Assembly: GCA_963788655.1 (NCBI GenBank)
Contig: CAWBHS010000007.1
Span: forward strand, 32,001-96,000
Direction of reading: 5' to 3'
Length of the DNA: 64,000 nucleotides
DNA from: an uncultured Verrucomicrobiae bacterium
GTDB taxonomy: Bacteria; Verrucomicrobiota; Verrucomicrobiia; Limisphaerales; JAFGQR01
How positions within the stretch are numbered: the first letter of the stretch is position 1; each line of letters starts with the position of its first letter. Under the pieces are notes generated by a model that was given only the letters and a program-made list of their open reading frames with translations, was not told the origin of the DNA and did not search any database. This document shows positions 58,802 to 64,000 of this stretch, in pieces. The translations under genes and the position numbers were made by a program.

Positions 58802-61800
58802 ATGAACAGCAAGAAACCGAACCAACCGTCGCTCCGTTCCGCCGGAGGCGGATCCAAGAAAGAACCCGCCCGGAAAGGGGGGGCGGCCCAGCAGACGCCG
58901 GCCGTGACTCCGGCGGCCGTCCCGGCAACGCCCCGGGTGGTGCCCCCGTTGTTTCACCGCATTGATTGGTTGACCTTCGCGGTCACCACCCTGCTGGTCT
59001 TCATCGGTTATGCGTTGACCCTGGCTCCGGATGTCACCTTGCAGGACTCGGGGGAATTGGCCGTAGCCTCGGTACTACGCGGGCATTCCGCACCCGCCGG
59101 GCTACCCGGTCTGGACGATTTATACCTGGCTGTTCACGCTGCTGCCCATCTCGAACATCGCCTTCCGCGTGGGCCTTTCGTCCGCGGTGGCGGCCGCGTT
59201 GGGCTGCGGCATCGTGTCCTTGATCGTCTCGCGTGGCAGCAGCATGCTGATGGAAGGCATTGCCAGCCTGAAGACCATCAAGGAACAAAACCCGCGCTGG
59301 GAAAATGCCATTTGCGTGGTGTCTGGATTTGTCGCGGGCATGCTGATTGGATTCAACGGGTTTATGTGGAGTCAGGCGGTGATTGTCGAGGTGTACACGC
59401 TCAGCGTGCTGTCACTGGCCGGCGTGTTGGCATGTTTGCTGCGCTGGATTTATGCGCCGCACCAAAACCGGTACCTGTTTCTCGCCTTCTTCTGGTATGG
59501 CATTTGTTTCAACAACCACCAATCCTTGCTGGTCATCGCCATCGGATTGGAAGTGGCCATTCTGGTTACGCAGGCCAAGCTGGGCCGTGATTTGATCTTC
59601 TGGAACGTCATTATATGGGTGGGCGGCTTGATCGGGAAGCAGATGGGCCTGATCGGCTTTTTAAGTGAGAATGGGCCGCTGCTGTTGATTTACAACCTGA
59701 TTGGCTTCGCTTCCGTCGTGACGTGGATTTGGCTGTTGATCATCACGAAGAAGACCTTGATGGAACTGGGCCGAGACGGCGCCATGATCGCCAGTCTGGC
59801 CTACTTGTTGGTGGTATTCGGCACGATTACCGGCTACGTCACGGCCTTTTACCGGGGGAACTCGCTGGTGTTGAACACCGGGTCGTTCGTCTTGTTCAAC
59901 CTGTTCGGCCTGGCCTGCATCGCAGCCTTTGTCTATTTGGTGCAGCGGACCCGTTTCCAAGGGAACGAGTGGTTGCAATGCCTGGGGTGCGGCGGCACGT
60001 GGGCCGTGGGGGCGTCTTTCTATTTCTACATGCCGCTGGCGGGCATCAGCAATCCGCCGCTGATGTGGGGCTATCCCCGCACCGTGGAAGGCTTCTTCCA
60101 CGCGTTCACCCGCGGCCAGTACGAACGCATTCATCCGACCTTCGGCCAGACCGGTTTCCTCGATGATCTCGGCCGCTTCGTCGGGCAGATTGGCATGTAT
60201 TGCAGCGGGGTGCTGGAGGAATTCAATCTGGTGTACGTGCTCATCGCGTTGCTGCCGTTTGTCTATTACAAGGCCATGCAGAAACGGGAACGCGCCTGGT
60301 TGATCGGCGTGACCGCTATTTATCTCTGCCTGAGCGGCTTTCTGTTGGTGCTGTTGAATCCGTCGCCGGACCGCCAAAGCCGCGACTTGAACAAAGTATT
60401 CTTTACCGCGTCGCACGTCATGATCGCCATGGGCATCGGCTACGGGATAAGCCTGTTGGCGGCCACATTGGTCACGGCGTACCAGCGCTGGCGCGACTGG
60501 GCATTGGGGGGCTTCGGCGCGGCCTCGGCAATCGCCCTGATCGGCGTGGCGTACACCGTCTGGGAAACTCCCAATCCCCTCGAACGGAATACCGCCTATG
60601 TCGGTTTGGCGTTGGCGCTGGCGGCAGTGGCCGTGATCGCGCTGTCGCGGGACCGGGTGAAGTTGAAAGCGCTGTTGGCGGTATTTGCCTTCATGCCGGT
60701 GTGGTCGGCCATGTCGCACTGGGAAAAGAACGAGCAGCACGGGCATCTGTTTGGCTACTGGTTCGGCCACGACATGTTCACGCCGCCCTTCACCGGGCCG
60801 GATGGGAAACTGTCTTACGACCAGGAATTGCGCGAGAAAATGATGAAGGACCCGGAGAAAGGCAAATTGATCTATCCGGAAATGGATCGCGATACCGTGC
60901 TTTATGGCGGCACCGATCCCGGGCGGTTCAATCCGACCTACATGATCTTTTGCGAAAGCTTTATTCCGCCCAGCAAGAAACCCAACGATCCGGCTTTCAA
61001 TCGACGGGACGTGTATCTGATCACGCAGAACGCCCTGGCGGACGGCACCTACCTGGACTATATCCGCGCGCAATACAACCGCAGCGCGCAACGGCGGCTC
61101 GAGGAAACCGATCCCAAGTATTACCCGTTCTTCCAGCAGTTGTTGCGGGGACCGCGGGAACTGGCGTTGAATTCACGCACCAATTTCATTTCCCGAATGA
61201 TGATTCCCCTCGACAATTTGTTCCTGTCGCTGGGCGAGCATATCGAGAAGGAACGCCGCGCCGGATCGTCCTACTTCAAGAGCTCCGACTTCCTGGACGT
61301 GCAGGCTTTTGCCGCCAAGCTGCGCCAAGGCGGCCAGACCGATCTGACCCGCTACTTGAGCGCCCGGCTGAGTGAGAAAACGAGGAAACTGATTGATTCG
61401 GGCGACGCCAGTGACGGGGCGTTGCGTTCGGCATTGGCGCGGGATTTGAACCAGTTTCTCGAGCAGGAACTGGACGCGACGCAACAGTTGCCGAAGGACC
61501 GGGCGGAGTTGGAAAGCGTGAACACACAATTGGCGGGCCTCGAGCAGTCCGCCGCGGGTGGGGCCGACGCGAAGGCCCACGAACCGCAGGTAGCCAAATT
61601 GAAAGAGCGCCAGCAAGCCTTGCAAGAGGAGATCGAAAAGCGGTCGCAGATTACGCCGTTCTACACGACCAACCGGTTCGCCGGGATCAACTTGAAACCC
61701 ACGACCGTGCTGTTCCTGCAACAGCAGCCGCAGCATTCGACCCGCATCCGGTTGAACCGTCTGTTGCTGGAAGAGGCGTTCCCCAAGCTCATCGCCAAGA

Positions 61801-63209
61801 GTCAGGGCGGCGTGTATCCGGACCGTGAAATCGAGGCCTGTTCGCCGGAGCAATCGCAAGAGGCCTTCTCGAAGTATCTTGCCGACGCCCAGCGGCGTTT
61901 GCGGGAAAACCGCCTCAAGCCCGGGGAGGACGTGCGCATGATTGACAACCGGGTGCAAGTGTCCGGCCAGGTCGCCGTCATGGCCATCAATGCCCTGATC
62001 ACCAAGATCATGTTCGAGAACAATCCCGACCACGAATTTTACGTCGAGGAAAGTTTTCCGCTGGATTGGATGTATCCGCACCTGACGCCCTTTGGCATCA
62101 TCATGAAAATCAATCGGCAGCCGCTGAAGGAATTGACCGACGACATTGTGCAGCGCGACCATTATTTCTGGAGCCAGTACTCGAAGCGGCTCATTGGGAA
62201 TTGGATTACCTACGATACCCCCGTTTCCAATATTTGCGCGTTTGCCGAGAAAGTGTATATCCGCCGGGATTACAGCGACGCGAACGTTGATCCCCGGTTT
62301 GTGCGCGATGATGATGCGCAGAAGGCCTTTTCCAAACTGCGCAGCTCGATTGCGGGCGTGTACAACTGGCGATATGCCGACGTGTCCAACAAACTCATGG
62401 CCATGCAAGCCCGCCCGCCCGCCGAGCAACAGGCCAACATGGCTGAAATCCAGCGCCTATTGGCCGAGCAGGCCCGCATGCAAAAAGAAGCGGATTTCGC
62501 CTTCAAACAGGCCTTCGCCTTCTGCCCGTACAGTCCGGAAGCCCTGTTCCGTTACGTCACCCTGCTGGTCAACTTGCGTCGTGCTGACGACGCCATGCTA
62601 CTGGCCAAGACGGCGATCAAACTCGATCCGGACAATGGGCAAATCGCCAATCTGATCAACGAGCTTGACCGGATTCGGGGCGGTCAAGCTACCGCGCCGG
62701 CTCCGGCTCCAGTAGTGCCGCCGACCGCCCCACAGATCGCGCACTTGGAGGCGCAATTCGCCAGTAATCCGGCCAATGTCCCCGTAGCGTCGCAACTCAT
62801 CGAATCCTACTTCCAGCAAAAGCAAAACCCTAAAATCCTGGCGGTAGTGGACCGGATCATGTCGGTCACCAACCTCGATCGCAACGCGCTGCTGTACGTG
62901 GCCCAAACCTGCAACCGCCTGGGAGATATGCACCGCGTGCAACTCGCCCTCGAAAAGTTGGTGGCCCAATCACCGCAAGATCCGGAAGCGTGGTTTGACC
63001 TGGCCGGCGTGCAGGTCATCTTGGGTAACCAGACCCAATCCATCAGTTCCCTGCGCCGGGCGCTGACGGAAAGTGCCCGCCGCCGGGCCACCAATCCGAA
63101 CGCGCGCAACTTGTTCACTGACGCGACCAACGACGCGCGGTTTGCCGCCTTGCGGCAAACCCCCGCCTTCCAAAAGATGCTGACGGAAGTCAAAGCCGCC
63201 TCACCGTAG
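58802..63209 (+). CDS. DUF2723 (TMEM260-like, GT-C fold) membrane glycosyltransferase with C-terminal TPRs, ~1468 aa; +1 frameshift near 59071
   Basis: TLAPDVTLQDSGELAVAS-YYAGIPHPPGYP, WSQAVIVEVY, NNH, many TM helices, TPR-like C-terminus (AIKLDPDN, SPQDPEAWFDLA). Confidence 0.85.
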
Positions 63210-63825
63210 CCGACTCCATTCGGCTGGACCACGCGTCCGCCGGTATTGCCCAAACTGCCGCGTTCACCGTTACCACGAGCCCGCAATGACCCGAGGTCGG
63301 CCTTGGGATCCGCGGGACAGCCGAAACGCCGGTCCGATACAGCGGCAGGATCTCTGCACCCGCTAGCCCAATACGTTTCCGTCGGTTTCCAACCCCACTG
63401 AATTCACTGAACCGTAACTTGAACGCTATGTGTTCGTAAAACGGGTGGGGTAATAGATTAGTGAGTTTACAGTGGAACATGTTTGTGGATCGCGAGAATT
63501 TCTTGAGTGATGTGGCGCCAACTAATCAGGCTCTGGCGAATGGTGCTAATGGTTTGTTCCAAGACGAATCTTCCTACTGGTTGCGCAGTTTTTCCAAGGA
63601 ATGCCAACCATAGACGCAAGCAAACATGGGTGCAGAGGAGAGCCGGCAACGGCTCTCCTCGATCTTTTGGCCATCCCAAACGGGCGGGAAGGTTGCCCGC
63701 GCCAATTGCCAGCTCACAATCCCGGTCAGGGATGAACGGTTCTCAGGATTTTGTTTGGATTATGAATGGGGGACACGTAGCTTCTCGCCGTCGCGCAACG
63801 GGATGCTGAGACCGCAAACCAAGTT

Positions 63826-64000
63826 TTGTTTTTGCGAAAAACGCTGACAACGTTAGGCCGTGAGAGCCGGTCGGAACCCGGTTCCGACGCCCTCTTCGTG
63901 GGGGCGGAACTGGGCGAGGCCACGATTCGTGCGGGCGTCTTTGATGGCGCCGGGCGTCTGCTGGGCAAAGCCAAACGGAGCCCCAAGCTGGAACGCGGAA
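63826..64000 (+). CDS. Possible ROK-family protein, 5' part; runs off the window end
   Basis: Open frame LFVGAELGEATIRAGVFDGAGRLLGKAKRSPKLERG resembles the ROK N-terminal GxDxGGT strand but is degenerate; start uncertain. Confidence 0.45.
   Translation, partial: MFLRKTLTTLGRESRSEPGSDALFVGAELGEATIRAGVFDGAGRLLGKAKRSPKLERG

Noticed and set aside
63210..63825. ncRNA or small gene in the lower-GC gap (e.g. a 44-codon ORF at 63479-63613)
   Set aside because: I recognised no tRNA, tmRNA, RNase P or SRP signature, and the short ORFs lack supporting features.

Overview
A GC-rich bacterial chromosomal window. The gene content (PVC-type heme-c protein, NPCBM/HzsA-like/FGE protein, DUF2723-TPR, short ECF sigma/anti-sigma pair, many REP-like palindromes) suggests Verrucomicrobiota, Pedosphaera/Limisphaera-like; this is an inference. 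Housekeeping and metabolic genes include trmB, tcdA, a TatD-family gene, yajC-secDF-terC, an RlmI-like methyltransferase, a ClpX-like ATPase, two Cys/Met PLP enzymes, a PAS kinase/NarL pair and a PL11 lyase. T2SS/T4P-like genes lie in two separate places. Ten reading-frame breaks in nine genes all resolve as +1 base insertions, four of them GTAC->GGTAC, which looks like long-read error rather than pseudogenisation. The most interesting items are: (1) a 1.64-kb IS-like element (360-2003) without terminal inverted repeats, bounded by TTAG, with a sub-terminal hairpin and a ~514-aa protein showing Rep_trans-like ExxxD/YDK/RxE motifs plus a winged HTH, with apparent non-autonomous miniature relatives elsewhere in the window; (2) a C39-like peptidase / RimK-RLAN ATP-grasp / GCS2 ligase-formylglutamate amidohydrolase operon, an uncharacterised peptide-ligation system; (3) a MITE with 13-bp TIRs and a TTAG duplication carrying a REP doublet; (4) a REP arm inside a coding sequence; (5) inverted heptamer arrays. 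No rRNA, tRNA or CRISPR array was recognised.
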